A stretch of 64,000 nt of DNA from Octopus sinensis (GCF_006345805.1 NC_043010.1:50220001-50284000), one strand, 5' to 3'; counted from the stretch's first letter, positions 37,526-51,778 are shown. Notes: generated by a model not told the origin, from the sequence alone. Made by a program: numbers and translations.

Positions 37526-37841
37526 ATGGACTCTTCCATCGAAGACAATGCATGAGCATTCCACTTTTGCCAAATGACCTGCACAAAGGAATTGTTTATA
37601 GAGATCAAATGTATGTGTCACACATCAGCAGCTCACCATGAAATCGATGTGTACCACATGTCAGGTGTCGAAGTGATCGCAAAGCAATGTGAGATGAAGT
37701 GTTTTGCTCAAGAACACTATGCACCACTCTCAGTCTAGGAATCGAAATCACAATGGCTAGATCATGAGTGCAACACCCTAACCACTAGGCCATGCACTCT
37801 TACATAAACATACATACATACATATATATGTGTGTGTGTGT

Positions 37842-37879
<38 letters not shown>

Positions 37880-38100
37880 AAAGTTACCACAACAGCAGAT
37901 ACTACAACAGCTTGGGTTTCAGGAGACCACAGCTCTTCAATATCCTTCTTAAATGCCTGAGAGACCTGTGGATGTAGGTTTCTCTAAAATTAAACTAGAT
38001 CTCTTCTTGTCAGGGGTTCCAGATGAACCTATCTCTCAGCAGGAAACACAGATGCGGGCAGCAGCATCAAACTCTCTTGTTGACCAAGTGCCACGTATCA
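37880..38100 (+). mobile_element. LINE 3' ORF remnant
   Basis: NSLGFRRPQLFNILLKCLRDL...KLDLFL resembles the C-terminus of L2/CR1-group LINE ORF2. Confidence 0.5.
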
Positions 38101-38221
38101 GAGGTAGTTTCACATACTAGTGTAGCTCATTCAATGGTGATGCCCCAGCATGGCCGCAACTTTTGGGCTGAAACATTTTTAAGGATTTATATATACATAT
38201 ATATTTACACACACATCTATG

Positions 38222-38477
38222 CAGTTGCAGCATGGAAGGTGTTTATAAGCCATTTAATAAACACACAAAAACCGTTAGATTCACTTCAACATTTAAATTT
38301 AATTTGCCAAAATATTTTTGTTGCTTTGAGACCACGACCTATTCACTGACAAAATTCCGTGCTGCATCTCAAAGTGACGAAAATATTTTGGCAAATTAAA
38401 TTAAAATGTTGAAGTGAATCTAACGGGTTTTTGTGTGTTTCTTAAATGGCTTATAAACACCTTCCATGCTGCAACTG
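38222..38477. repeat. Foldback inverted repeat, arms of about 110 bp
   Basis: cagttgcagcatggaaggtgtttataagccattta...ctttgaga / tctcaaag...taaatggcttataaacaccttccatgctgcaactg. Confidence 0.9.
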
Positions 38478-38535
38478 TTTTCGTTCCAGCACGCGATCGC
38501 AGATCAGGTCACTTGCTATGCAAGTACATCTCCAT

Positions 38536-38572
<37 letters not shown>

Positions 38573-41500
38573 GTTTGCTTAGGCATTGCAAAACCAATAA
38601 CCTGGTGTAGAACTCAATATATATATGTTTCAGAATGAATCATTGGCTGAGTATAGAGTGGTAATAAGAAAAAGAGATGACAAAGGAACAAAGGATTATC
38701 TTACGAACCTTATTAGCTTACAGCCATTTCTGCTAAAAGATGCAATGGAATTATTATACTTGAGTGCCCGAATAACATATAGCTTCATCAGAGCCTGCAT
38801 ATTATATCAGAAACAGCTGTAAGCTAATGAGGTTCATAAGATAATCATTTATACCTTTGTCAACTCCTTTCCTGATATATATATATAAACCCTCCTTCTT
38901 TCCTGAGCGTCCAATAATACTATATTTGTTCCACGTCCTTGCATTGTTGTGTTTTTTTTGTGCTTTCTTGTTTGGATTAACTTTATATATATATATATAT
39001 ACAACACACACACACACACACACACACATACATATATATGATATAGGTAGAGAAATTTGAGAAATTTGAAAAGAAAATACGAAACCGGTTATTTCTCCAA
39101 ACACTATGTTACTATACGCAAAATTTTATAACATTTTTCTAACATAATGGCTTAAATATATTCTTTAACCATATAACACAAACTTTCTTTAGTTTTTTCA
39201 CTCCTTTTTATTTTTTTCATATATATAACAGGAAAAATAGAACTCAAAATATAAGTATATACATACTTTTATTGAGATCTAGCAGAAGTAACAGCATGAC
39301 TCACAGACTTTGAGTCACTCTTCTACTTCTGCTAAATATTAATAAAAATTTACGTGTGTGTGTGTGTGTGTGTACATACATGTCTGTGTACATATTTATG
39401 AGACAAAGAGAGGAAGAAATAAGGAGATAACAGAGAGAGAGAAATAACTATGCTTTGCTTTTTTTTTTTTTTGGTCCTAAAACACTAAACTACAGTTCAA
39501 AGTAGACCTAGAAGGAGTTTCCAAATGTGATTGTGAGGACTGCATTAGAACTGTGTTGGCTGATGCTAACTGAAATGTGATATCTACCAAATGAAATCAA
39601 AGTCTGGTGTACATCATATCTTTGATGACATGTCCATTGAAGTACAAATGTATAAGCTGAGTGGTTCTCAACCCCTCATAGCTCACTACCCCTTTCCATG
39701 TGAAAGATGTGAAGGGAAAGGAAGTACGAGGTCTGATTGAAAGGCATCAGAACTGGTACTATAAAAGAACACCTATCATTATTGTACTTAATTTCAATAT
39801 TTTATTTCCCAAACAAATTCCCAAACTTTTTATTGTACCAGTCCCGAATCTTTTTGGTCAGACCTTGTATTTCATCATTTCCCTTCACTTGACTTTTCCT
39901 CCTCATTTCATTCCTCTTTCTTTCTACCTCTCTCACACCACTTTCTGTTCTCTCAGAAGAAGCTCCTGTGGTCATGTGTTCCTTATCAGCTGCAGCCAGT
40001 TTTCATAACTAAATGTATATAAAATTCTCCTCTGAATTTCTCTCCTGTCAACTTTTCTTTGAAGAAGGACTCTGTCTGCAACATTGAATTTTCCACTCTC
40101 ACAGTGAGTTCTCTATACATTTTTATTTAATTTTATTAAGTCATACAAATCTTGCAAAAGCAGTCTTGCACCAGTGTCTTTGGTCTCTGTTTGATCATGT
40201 GCATGTGTGTATATATATATATTTATAAATAAGGATAATATCGATATTTAAATATCGATCCTATCAAGTGGCCAGCATGGGAATAAATACCATACAAAGG
40301 TAATAATTATTTAAAACTATAAATAAGGGTATCTGAGATATACCACCATGCTGAAATAGCAGTCAAAACTATATGGACATTTAAGGTGGTTTTAGGGTCA
40401 TATATCCTAATTTATAGTTTTAAATATATATATATATATACAGAGAGAGAGGGAGTAGGGGAGACAATGATGCAAATAAACAAATAAAAAACTGCTTGGG
40501 TTTGATATACAAAATATATATACATGTATATATATTTTGTATATCAAACACAAACAGTTTTATTTGTTTATTCACATAATTGTCTCCATATCTGCTTCCC
40601 CTTATAGCCACTCTTTATCTTGTGGACTTGGTCCTCAGTAAAGATTTCGGAGTATAAGTTCAAATCATAAATAATAATCCTAAATGAATTGTTTTCTGTA
40701 TTGAGAATCTCTGGATCTCATCTGTTGATTTTCTGTATATATTTGTATTGTGTGTGCACACATGCGTAAGTCAAGTATAGTAAATGTTATTGTGAGTTGA
40801 CTATATTTCATTACTTAAAGTTTGTCACTGCAGAGGCATTTGTTAATCGGCAGACTAACAAAGAACTTATGCAAGGTAATGCAAAAGTTCTTTGTTGATA
40901 AGTTATCTGATGAATGCCCGCTCCAGTGCAGTAATGGAAACACAAATTTAATAATCATACAATCTTTTACATTCATTTATATATACATATATATTTCGAA
41001 ACAGCTAATGACACTGATTTGCTAATCAGAGTTTCTGCCATGTGCTGGGAGAGAAAGAACGAAGATATATCTATATCTATCACTATCTTTCTCCCTTTTG
41101 ATCTATGTGTGTGTGTGTGTGTACAAAGTGCTTTTTATATTTTTCTTTGGACAATTCTTTTTTTTTTTGTTAATTAGATAGTTTTTTTTTTGCAATATAT
41201 ATGTGTAGAGATATTTGTGGAGATGTAAAAATTAAATATTTTTACCCCGCACCCTAATTTTACAGATATAATTAAATTCCATAAGGAAGTTTGTTTTACT
41301 GAATTTAATAAGAGCAACAAAAAATAAAATAAAAACAATATCCCTAAAAATCACAACCCATGATCAATTAGATTGAATGGAGTCTTTCTTTCCTTTTTTC
41401 ATTTAACTTACAATAAATAGTGTGTGGTTTAATGATTAAGTCAACAACACCAAAAACAAATAAATATATAAATAATAATCCTAAATGAAGATATACTGAT

Positions 41501-41640
41501 GTGTCATGAAGTAAAGGGCTTTCTAGATTTTTGAGTATCACTATTCATTATTTATGGACTAATGGTCACTCAAGTCCATGGAAAGATATTCTGATGAAAG
41601 ACTTGCTCTCGAAACGTCAAAACTCTTTCATTTTTCTTTT

Positions 41641-41860
41641 TTAACCCTTTCATTACTGTATTTATTTTGAGATGCTCTGTGTTTCTCTCAGTTACTTTAA
41701 ATATAACAAAGAATTTAGAAAAATAACTCAGTTATCATTAAGCTAGTGTTAGGAACATTAATTATGACTAAGCTTTGGTAGATTTTAATTAAAAACTTAT
41801 GAAAACAAGACATTTGTACTGCAGAGCCAGATTCAGCCGGGTTGGTAATGAAAGGGTTAA
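41641..41860. mobile_element. piggyBac-type MITE
   Basis: TTAA-CCCTTTCATTAC...GTAATGAAAGGG-TTAA: TIR plus TTAA target duplication. Confidence 0.8.
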
Positions 41861-42543
41861 GTGGTAAACTAATACAACATTTACTAAAACTTGTCCCACC
41901 TGTGTTGTCTTTTTTTGTGCTCATTACATTCTTTATATATATATAAATCATAAAATGCTGAGATATAATTAAGGGCTAGTTTTAACACAGCTACTGAAGG
42001 AATAAATACAATCATGGTTCAAAGTAATTTAAAAAAGCCAAAAAAGAAAAAAAAAACACCAGCATCTTATTAAGTCCTACAAAAAATAATTAAAGGGGGG
42101 ATATATATGCATCAGTTTTGGAAGTAAGAATTCAGATAAGCATTATAATTGTAATTATTATTATTATCATTTCTCTGTTTCCTTTCATTCATTTTCCCAT
42201 GCTAGCACAGATAAGGTAGGCTAGCAAATTTATATTTGCATAAACATTTTTGAAACAAATGGTTTTTATTATTTTATTTTATTTTATTTTATTTTTGAGT
42301 TAAACGTGCTCGCTAACATCAACCACTCAGTTATAAAGTGGGAGTCATAAAGTGGTTATTATACAGCCTAAGGTTGGATGAGATGTGTAAAGTGAATGAT
42401 GAGAGAGGGAGTCTTGCCCCTCATCAAGGGGTGTGGAACAACACCAACAGTTTGAAACAACCAGCTGTAGAGACTCTGTGGACCCAAACCCATTAACCAC
42501 TGAGTCACTTCCAAAAAAAAATTCAACAATATAATATTCTTTA

Positions 42544-42769
42544 ATAACCCTTCAGCATTTAGATCACTTTGTCAAATATAATGCTTGTATATTCATATTG
42601 TCCTTGAATTAATCATGTGTTATCTTGTAGCTTTGAGATTTCAATGATTTGAGTGCTTGTTTTTAGAATGACATTGTAGAGTAGGTGTGAAAGGCTGGAT
42701 CTGGCCTGTTTGAACATGAATCAAGAACATTTGTGTTAGATATGAACACTTTAAATGCTAAAGGGTTAA
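42544..42769. mobile_element. piggyBac-type MITE, second family
   Basis: taacccttcagcattta...taaatgctaaagggttaa; relatives at 10323-10545, 25088-25295, 33673-33891, 34695-34913. Confidence 0.7.
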
Positions 42770-43063
42770 TTGCATTTTTTTTTTTTTTTCAATTCTCTTT
42801 CTAACCCTGAGAATTTCTCAGAAATCAAAATATACTTGCATAAACGCTAACAGAAGGTGGCTTGTAACAATTAACAATAAATAAGAATATCTCAACAAAA
42901 CCATACCAAGAGCAACATGTTAAACGTGCCCCTGCCCGAAACTCTCACCATCTTCTCTACTGCCACTTGTTTCTTGATGGAATGATTATCTACATGTACT
43001 ATTTAGGGGTATTAGCTACACAACAATGAGTCACAGCCTACTAAGAAATACATGGGTTGTGTT

Positions 43064-43243
43064 CTAAACAGTATAGAACTGTGTGGCAGCAGCTGACTGG
43101 ACCTCTGTTTGCCCAAGTTTGAATTGGATCCTCTTCAGCCAGTTCATCAGGATGGAGACGCTGGCAGATGTCTGTTCCTTGGTCTGGAGTGGTGGTTCCC
43201 AGTTTTGGCAAGCTTGCAGCCGTACTTGTAAATGAGCAGGAAG
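43064..43243 (-). CDS. UNC79: unc-79 terminal coding exon (LPAHLQVRLQ...QFYTV*)
   Basis: ttctttttctag acceptor, 59 codons plus TAG; a different frame from the listed 43041..43265 ORF. Confidence 0.9.
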   Translation of the reverse strand, partial: LPAHLQVRLQACQNWEPPLQTKEQTSASVSILMNWLKRIQFKLGQTEVQSAAATQFYTV

Positions 43244-43499
43244 CTAGAAAAAGAAAATTATACATTCATATAAATATATATATTTACACAGCCTTGGTTT
43301 TTTTTATCTAATATCTACACAGCCTTGCTTTTTTTTTTTATCTCATTACATAAAAAATTCTTATATTCACACACTGACATATGACCAACATTGAACCCCT
43401 TATTCGCAAAATTATCGAACCTGGAACTTAACTATGGTCTGTCTATAGCATTTATTCAGCATTACCTGACACCTTTGGGTCTCAATGACACCATTACCT

Positions 43500-43546
<47 letters not shown>

Positions 43547-43853
43547 CTCTGTCATTCATGACTTTATATACTCCTTATCCTTTCCCCTTGTATATTACTA
43601 TATATTCTATATGGTTTGTACAATGAATACATTCAAGAACTTTTTTTAATAAGTACTACCAGATTATTTGAATCCATATATTGTGACTTAAATTTATATA
43701 TATATATATATATATGACCTACATACATAAATGTGTGTGTGTGTGTGAATACATGTTTGTGTCTGTATGTATGTTTGTATATATACATACATACATATAT
43801 ATAAGTAAATAAATGGAGTTGAACGGAGATGTTATTAAAATTCTTTTACTTTC

Positions 43854-43926
43854 GACATATGTTTCGAAGACAACATTGGTTTTATTCCAAAGGAATAAAT
43901 GGTGTAAAATGCAATCTTCTCATCAG
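43854..43926 (-). ncRNA. Hammerhead-ribozyme-like core (Penelope-type), no evident stem I
   Basis: CUGAUGA - GAAGAUUGCAUU...AAUGUUGUCUUC (stem II) - GAAAC AUAU GUC. Confidence 0.45.
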
Positions 43927-44107
43927 TTTCTACCTTTGAATAGGTCACTTCATCCGTGTTACCTGAGTGAATTTTGCTACCCTGGTAAGTGTTTATTGAA
44001 TTTTCCATGTTAACGGTAAACAAGGGATAATTCATTCATCCATTTAAATATATATATATTACATTTCTAAATATCTCAGAGAGATATAAGCAGTAGTGGC
44101 ACGATAA

Positions 44108-44400
44108 AGTAGTTGTATACTGTCAACTTAATGTGACAGTCCCATGAAGGGAATCACACCACTGCCATTTAGCCCCAGGAAGCATCAACGCTTCCTGTCA
44201 GCCTTGACACATTTCCTGTGTCCTTATGTTTACTAAGGGGAGAAAAGCACCTCCACCCAGCTAAGCCTGCATCCAGAGACTAGTTTCTGAGTCTTTGCTA
44301 AATGGCAATGGTGTGATTCCCTTCATGGGACTTTGCTAAATGGCAATGGTGTGATCCCCTTCATGGGACTGTCACATTAAGTTGACAGTATACAACTACT
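44108..44400. repeat. Inverted-repeat element with arms of about 65 bp; the inner 38 bp of the right arm is tandemly duplicated
   Basis: agtagttgtatactgtcaacttaatgtgacagtcccatgaaggg...ccatttagc / gctaaatggc...cccttcatgggactgtcacattaagttgacagtatacaactact. Confidence 0.88.
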
Positions 44401-45627
44401 CTATATATATAACAATGTAATTTTCTTCTTTCCCCCTACTCAATTATAAAAAAATGTTCTTTTCACCTTACAATTCTTGAAAAGTTGCATTGCGGCGAAA
44501 ACCGGTTAGAGTTAATATTTAAAAAAACATCAATACATAAGAATGCTCTCGCTGTCTCTATATATATATACAGTAATCTCTTGCCATATCATGATTCACC
44601 TATCATGTACTCAGTGCATTGTGGATTTTTCTGGCTAATATATGTAAATTTATATTGCAAACTCCACTGTATATTGCAGATTTCTGCAGATGATTGCTAT
44701 TTAGATTTTTTTAGATTTTAATTATTCCTGTGGTAAAATAAGCATTTTCATGCTTAATAATTTATAAATTACTAAATAAAAATAGAGTACAGTACGGCAC
44801 TGTATAACACATTAATTAAAATATATTAAAAGAAAATATGTAGAGTACCATAGATGAGTATACAAAGAATCACTCATACTGTATGAAAAACGAAACTCAG
44901 GAGGTGAGAGTGTAATGGTGTTTTGCATTTGTAATAAAATAAATATATACAAATGAGAAGGTTAATAAAAAATATATACAGTACAGAACTGTTTCTACTT
45001 TGCGGATTTTCATCTTTCGTGGGATAGTCAAGGAATTACTGTATAGATTGTGTGTGTGTATTCATGAATAAATTTGTATGTATATAAAACTGGCTAAAAC
45101 AATAGTTCAAACAACATGTAGACTTTACACAATATTGCTATCAGTTGTTGCTTAAGAGAGGGTAGACTCATATTGCAATGTAATTTATGTTTACAGAGGT
45201 AATTTGATAGCATCAAACATCGCATAACACCAGCAGCAGCAGCAATGGGTTTTGAAAGGTGGAGCATAAAGTTAAATGTGACAAGCAATTAAATGTTTTC
45301 AGCATATATATATATATGTGGAGGCGCAATGGCTCAGTGGTTAGTGCAGCGGACTCGCAGTTGTAGGATCGCGGTTTCGATTCCCAGACCGGGTGTTGTG
45401 TGTGTTTATTGAGCGAAAACACCTAAAGCTCCACAAGGCTCCGGCAGGGGGTGGTGGCGATCCCTGCTGTACTCTTTTGCCACAACTTTCTCTCACTCTT
45501 TCTTCTGTTGGCCTGCTCGCTTAGCCAGCGGGGTGGCGTCATTTGAAGGCTAAAACAATGCGAAGCACATTGTGACCAGCAATGTGTAACAGCATCTGAG
45601 AGCCTGGTCAGTCACGTGATATATATA

Positions 45628-45670
<43 letters not shown>

Positions 45671-45800
45671 TGTTGAAGAAGAAAAGGAGGGGAGGAAGAG
45701 GAAGTAGAAGAAGAAAAAGAAGAAGAAAAGGGAGAAGAAGAAGAATCACATTATAAAAGAAAGAAGATAGCAACAAAACCAAGTAGATGTTAATACTCAC

Positions 45801-45845
45801 TTGTGCATGGTAAGCATATAGAATGGCAGTCCACATAGGAAATAA
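45801..45845 (-). CDS. UNC79: unc-79 penultimate coding exon (LFPMWTAILYAYHAQ)
   Basis: attttcag acceptor, GTGAGT donor, 45 nt phase 0/0, L.PMW motif. Confidence 0.87.
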
Positions 45846-48800
45846 CTGAAAATATTAAACAAAATTAAAGGCTTTAGTCAAAGTAAATTCTTACAGAAAC
45901 AAATCGTCTCAATCATAGTGGGGGTGGTGGTGGAGGAAAGAAGGAAATTGTAACAGCCATGTCTTTTATATTTTTAATTGATTTAGTGACATTTGTATGT
46001 TATGGAATGCATGAGTGTCATTCTGTTAAATTGGACTAATATCTCACAAATGGCATACCAACACAAGTGTGTGTCTTGTCACCGCTGATTTTGTTTCCTT
46101 ATAACTTTCAGAAAAATGAATATTTTTCATAAGAAAATTTTCTACAAATACCTTAGATTACAATTAAATGGGAAATTGTAGTGAAAATGTTTTTAGAGAG
46201 AAGTGACAAATTTTAGATAATTTGCAGGTGGTGACTTTGTTTCATCATATATATATATATAACCCATGCTAGCATGGAAAGCATATATATATATATATAT
46301 ACGACAGTCTTCTTTCAGTTTCCATCTACCAAATCCACTCAGAAGGCTTTGGTTGGCCCGAGGCTATAGTAGAAGACACTTGCCCAAGGTGCCACGCAGT
46401 GGGACTGAACATGGAACCATGTGGTTGGTAAGCAAACTACTTACCACACAGCCACTCTTGTGCCTATATATATATATATGAAACTAGAAATTTTGAAAAA
46501 TTTGTGATGTGTATCAGTATGTGTATTCTTACCGACCAATTTTCCCTTTTTCACATTATATTTCAATATAATTATAATCTATACCCTCTGCTAGTTATTT
46601 GTAGAAAATTTTATTGACTAGAGAATGGAAGGTATAGAGTTGATGCTGATGAATATTAAAAGTATGAATGAAATGAAGAATAACTACACCATCTGGAAGG
46701 TGTTTGTAGAAAATTTCATGAAAAAATATCCTTTGTTTTTTTTTTTAAAGTTATGAGGAAACAAAGTTGGGAGCTGGTTAATTTTATATACTAGAGAATG
46801 GAGGGTATAGAATCAACACTGATGAATATTAAGAGTATGAAAGAAATGAAGAATAACTTAGATAATAATTATGTTAGGGAAATCAAATACTGATGCTTAC
46901 AATGGCTGCAAGATGACCCAAATACCATAGCTTCTTCCTATAGTAAGGCTGGGCTCAAAGAACACCCAAGCTTCTTCCTTGTAACATATACTTGCTGACA
47001 AATAAGATTTCTCCTAATAAGAGATATGTTAACAGCAACTCTAGACCTCCCTTATAGGAAGAGCTTACTTTCAAAACCAGATTTATGCATCGGAATGAAT
47101 TTTGAGTAATTGAGGAAACAACAACTTGAATATGTCTGATTTTGATTGGAAGGCAAAGATTCGCCTACTGTTTATATGGCAGCTATCCAAGTTTGACTGA
47201 AAAAAATTTCACATGCGTGATGCCAGCAGCTTGCAGATTATGCGACCAAATATGCACTTACGCTGATTTTAAAAGTAAGCTCCTCATATGTGATATTTGA
47301 AACACCAGACATTATTATTCTTTTACTTGTTTTTGGGGAGGATTTTTAGTTGAACAAATCAACTCCAGTACTTATTTTTTAAGCCTAGAACTTATTCTAT
47401 CAGTCTTTTTTGCTGAACTGCTAGGTTATGGGAACATAAACATGCCAGCACCAGTCGTCAAGCAGTGAATGCAGGGGGCAGACACAGACACAAAGTCACA
47501 TAGAAATGTAAATATATGTATATATATATATGATGGGCTTCTTTCAGTTTCCATCTCCCAAACCCACTCATGAAGCTTAGGTCGGACTGAGGCTATAGTA
47601 GAAGACATTTACCCAAAGTGACACACAGTGGGGCTGAACCTAGAACCATGGGGTTAGGAAGCAAGCTTCTTATCACACAGCCATGCCTAATCAATAAATA
47701 CACTATATAGCTCTCTAGTTCCATAAATATACCAATACACATTTGACTAAGGATCCTCTAAATACCATTGTATGTAAGGGTATTGTGTCCTGCCATAAAT
47801 GGTATGAAGAAGGGCAAAGCTTTTATCAATACATTCAATATATGTATAAGAACAGGCTTGAAAGTGTGGCTAAGAAGTTCTCTTTGTAACTATGTGGTCT
47901 CAGGTTCAATCCCATGGCATGTCAACTTGGGCAAGTATTTTCTACTATAGACTGGGCTGACTAATGGTCTGTGAGTAAGCTTGGTTGATGGAAACTGTGT
48001 AGAAGCCCATTGTATATATATAAGGTGTGTGTGTGTGTATCTTTGCATTTGTCTCCACCACAGCTTCATGACTGGTGGCTGTTTGTTTACATTTCTGTAA
48101 CTTAGCAGCTCAGCAAAAGTGTCTGATAGAATAAACATCAGACTTTAAAAAATAAGGACAGGATGTAAATTGTTTGGGGTACTGCTGGGGCACTGCTTCA
48201 AAGCAGTACCCCAGCATGGCTGCAGTTCAATGACTGAAACAAGAAAAAAAAAATAATCATCTTCATCATTGGTCGTCGTAGTTGTCATCATCATCATCAT
48301 CATCGTTAAACATCCATTTCCCATCTGGTATGGGTGAGACAGTCTGACAGGAGCTAGCAGCTTTTCAGTTAGCCAGACTCATGGTTTAGTGGTTAGGGTA
48401 TTCAACTCACAACTGTAAGGTCATGAGTTCAATTCCTGGCAATGCATGGTGTCCTTGAGTAACACACTATATTTTATGTTGCTCCAGTCCACTCAGCTGC
48501 CAAAAATGAGTAGTGCCTGTATTTCAAAGGACCGGCTTGGTCACACTCCGTGTGATGCTGAATATCCTTGAGAACTATATACACGTATATATATATGTAT
48601 ATACATACATATATAAATAATTGTTAATTGTTAACAAGGGAAAAATACACTACTCTATTTATATATACATATATATATACACACACACACACATATATAT
48701 ATATACACACATACATATATATATACACACACACACACACATATATATATATACACACATACATATATATATACACACACACATATATATACATATATGT

Positions 48801-50803
48801 ATATAAATATATATATAAATGTAAGTATGTATACATGCACATATATATACACATACCTACAACTGTGTGTGTTTGTGTGTAAGGCATGTTTGTTGCTAAA
48901 TTCCTTGAATGATTCATTTTATTAAATGAGTTCAGTTAGATCCGTTAAACTAAACTGATATGTAACTGATATATAACTAATAATGTTTTTGGCACCATCT
49001 CAAATTAAACTAGAGATCTTATAAACGGATTTTAGTAAAAAGATCAGAAAAAATGCTGATGCATAACAGCAATTACATAAGCTGATAATAAAATCTTTAA
49101 GTTAAGAAAATAGAAAAAAAATTCTGATGAGTTGTAATAACATGCCAAGCATTAATTGAATTTACTTCCTGGAGTAAATAAATATTTGCTTCTAATAATT
49201 ATAATAATTATTATTTCTAATTTTGGTGTAAGGATAGCAATTTTGAGGAGATTGGGCAAGTCAATGACATTGAACTTAATTTCCTAATTGGTACTTATTT
49301 GATTGACACAAATGGATGAAAGGCAAAGTCAACCTTGGTGGCATTTCAACTTGGAACATAAAAACGAGAGAAATGCTGCGAAGAATTTAGTCTGATAGAC
49401 TAACAATTCTACCTGTATGCTACCTTAAAAATAATCATCTTTACTATTATAGGTACAAATACTGAATTTTGTGGGGAGCGTGAGTCATCTATATTGACTC
49501 CCAGTGTTTGACTGATAGTTGTTTTATTGGCCCCCAAAAGGATGAAAGGTGAACTCAACCTTGGTGGAAGTTGATCTCAGAATTAAAGGCAGATGAAATG
49601 CCGCTATGCATGTTGCCTGATATGCTAATGATTATCCTAGCCTTAATAATCATAATAATAATCATCCTGTCTAATATAGGCACAAGGCCTGAAATTTTGG
49701 GGGAGTGGTTAAGTTGATTACGTCGACCCCAGTACTGTGCTGGTACTAATTTATTGACCTCAGTACTCCACCGGTACTAATTTATCGACCCTGAAATGAT
49801 GAAAGGCAAAGTCTAACCCAATGGAATAGGAACTCAGAACGTAAGGACGGATGAAATGCTGGAAATCATTTTGCCCAGCATGCTAGTGGTTCTCCCAGCT
49901 TGCCACCTTAATAATAAAAATAATAATCCGTTCTACTACAGGTACTGGGCCTGAAATCTTGAGGGAGGGTCTAAGTTAATTACATCAAACCCAGTGTGCT
50001 AACTGTTCTGCCAGCTCACTACCTTAATAATAATAATAAAAATAATAATGGTTTCAAATATATATATATATATATATATAGCAAAGGCAACATCAATGCG
50101 ATAAGAGAATTCCTCCGAGATGCATATTGCATATCACAATCCACTGAGTGCTTCTTTGGCTGTCTGGTTGAATGCTTTATCGAAGTTTTTCCATTTCCCT
50201 AACATGTCAATATCTTCTAGAATTGCATCGAGCAAAGCAAATTTCTTCTTTTAGTTCCATATTGAACTTGCTTTTGATATGCTGATACGGGTCTGGGAGG
50301 AATTATCTGATTGTGAGTAAATACTTGTGACTTAGCTGGAGTTTTCAATTGCTTTTCCTTTTTAAAATATTGCGAAATGAAATCGGTTCATTCGTTTTGA
50401 ATAACTCTGTATATATATATTCTGTTACTCTTTTTTCAGTCATTTGACTGCAGCCATGCTGGAGCACTGCTTTTAGTTGAAGAAATCAACCCCAAGACTT
50501 ATTCTTTGTAAGCTTCGTACTTATTGTGTAGGTCTCTTTTGCCGAACCACTAAGTTACAGGGACGTAAACACACCAGCATTGGTTGTCAAGCAATGTTGC
50601 AGGGACAAACACAGACACACAAACATATACAAGCACAAACCAAATCCACTCACAAGGATTTGGTCAGCCCAAGGCTAGAGTAGAAGACATTTGCCCAAGG
50701 TGCTATGCAGTGGGACTGAACCCAAAACTATGAGGTTGGTAAGCAAGCTACTTACCACACAACCACTCCTGTACCTATATACACATATACACATATATAT
50801 ATA

Positions 50804-51004
50804 TTGGGTCGTTCCATAAATAATGCAGTTTTTTTCAGTTGCATGAACTAAAAGTCAAAGTAGTGCAGGATAAACTACCTGTATCAACTTCCTATAAAAG
50901 CAGAGTATATTTTGGTTATTTAGATTAAAAAAGAACTTTGTTCATCTTAATCTTGAAAAATAAAAGAAGTATAAAAAAGATACATTATTTATGGAATGAC
51001 CCAA
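50804..51004. mobile_element. Mariner-type MITE
   Basis: TA|TTGGGTCGTTCCATAAATAATG...CATTATTTATGGAATGACCCAA|TA: 22-bp TIR with one mismatch, TA TSD. Confidence 0.85.
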
Positions 51005-51029
51005 TACATACATACATATATTTATATAA

Positions 51030-51480
51030 TAGCTTCAATGCACATGCCATTCTCTGTGGCTGAGCTCCCACAACTCTTCAAGATTGCATGGATTTTTCTG
51101 ACAAACTCTTCTCTTTTGCTTGATGATATTTATGTCAGGGCTCTGAGCTGGCCAATCTTCCAGTATGGTAACACCTTCATCAGCCTGACTCTATTGTGTT
51201 GCACGCGATCTGTGGCATGGAGACCTGTCATGTTGAAAAATCTCACCTTCATCCAAGTTCAGTATCAGATTGTCCTTCAGCAACAGGATGTATGTAGCAA
51301 TATTCAAGTTACTGTCAATTTTAACCAACTTTCTTGAACCATCACTTTTTATGTATCCCCAAAACACCAGACTCTTACCCTGCAAACTTCACTATTTTTG
51401 TCTTGTAACAAGGGTTGTTTTGCTTTCCTGGAGGCCTTCTGACAAATTGTTGCTTATTAAAAAGCGAAATGACCCACATT
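51030..51480 (-). mobile_element. Degenerate Tc1-family transposase fragment (DDE region)
   Basis: GKSLVFWGYI...IFQHDRSPCHRS (FQQDNAP.H) and downstream DWPAQSPDINII (WP.QSPDLNPIE). Confidence 0.82.
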
Positions 51481-51746
51481 ATATGGCAAAAACCTGTATG
51501 TAAACTTTTTACTCTTTTATTTGTTTCAGTCATGTGACTGTTGCCATGCTGGAGCACCACCTTTAGTCGAGCAAATCAATCCCAGGACTTATTCTTTGTA
51601 AGCCTAGTACTTATTCTATCGGACTCTTTTGCCGAACCGCTAAGTTACAGGGACGTAAACACACCAGCATCGGTTGTCAAGCAATGTTGGGGGGACAACC
51701 ACAGACACACAAACATATACACACACACACACACACACACAGATAT

Positions 51747-51778
<32 letters not shown>

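Noticed and set aside
37093-37641. Long Y/I/M/C/V-rich ORFs here and at other (TA)n/(CA)n tracts
   Set aside because: Translations of microsatellites with no coding signal.
43041-43265. Listed 74-aa minus-strand ORF (…TTTPDQGTDICQ…)
   Set aside because: Wrong frame; the phase-0 frame from the same acceptor gives the UNC79-like C-terminus.
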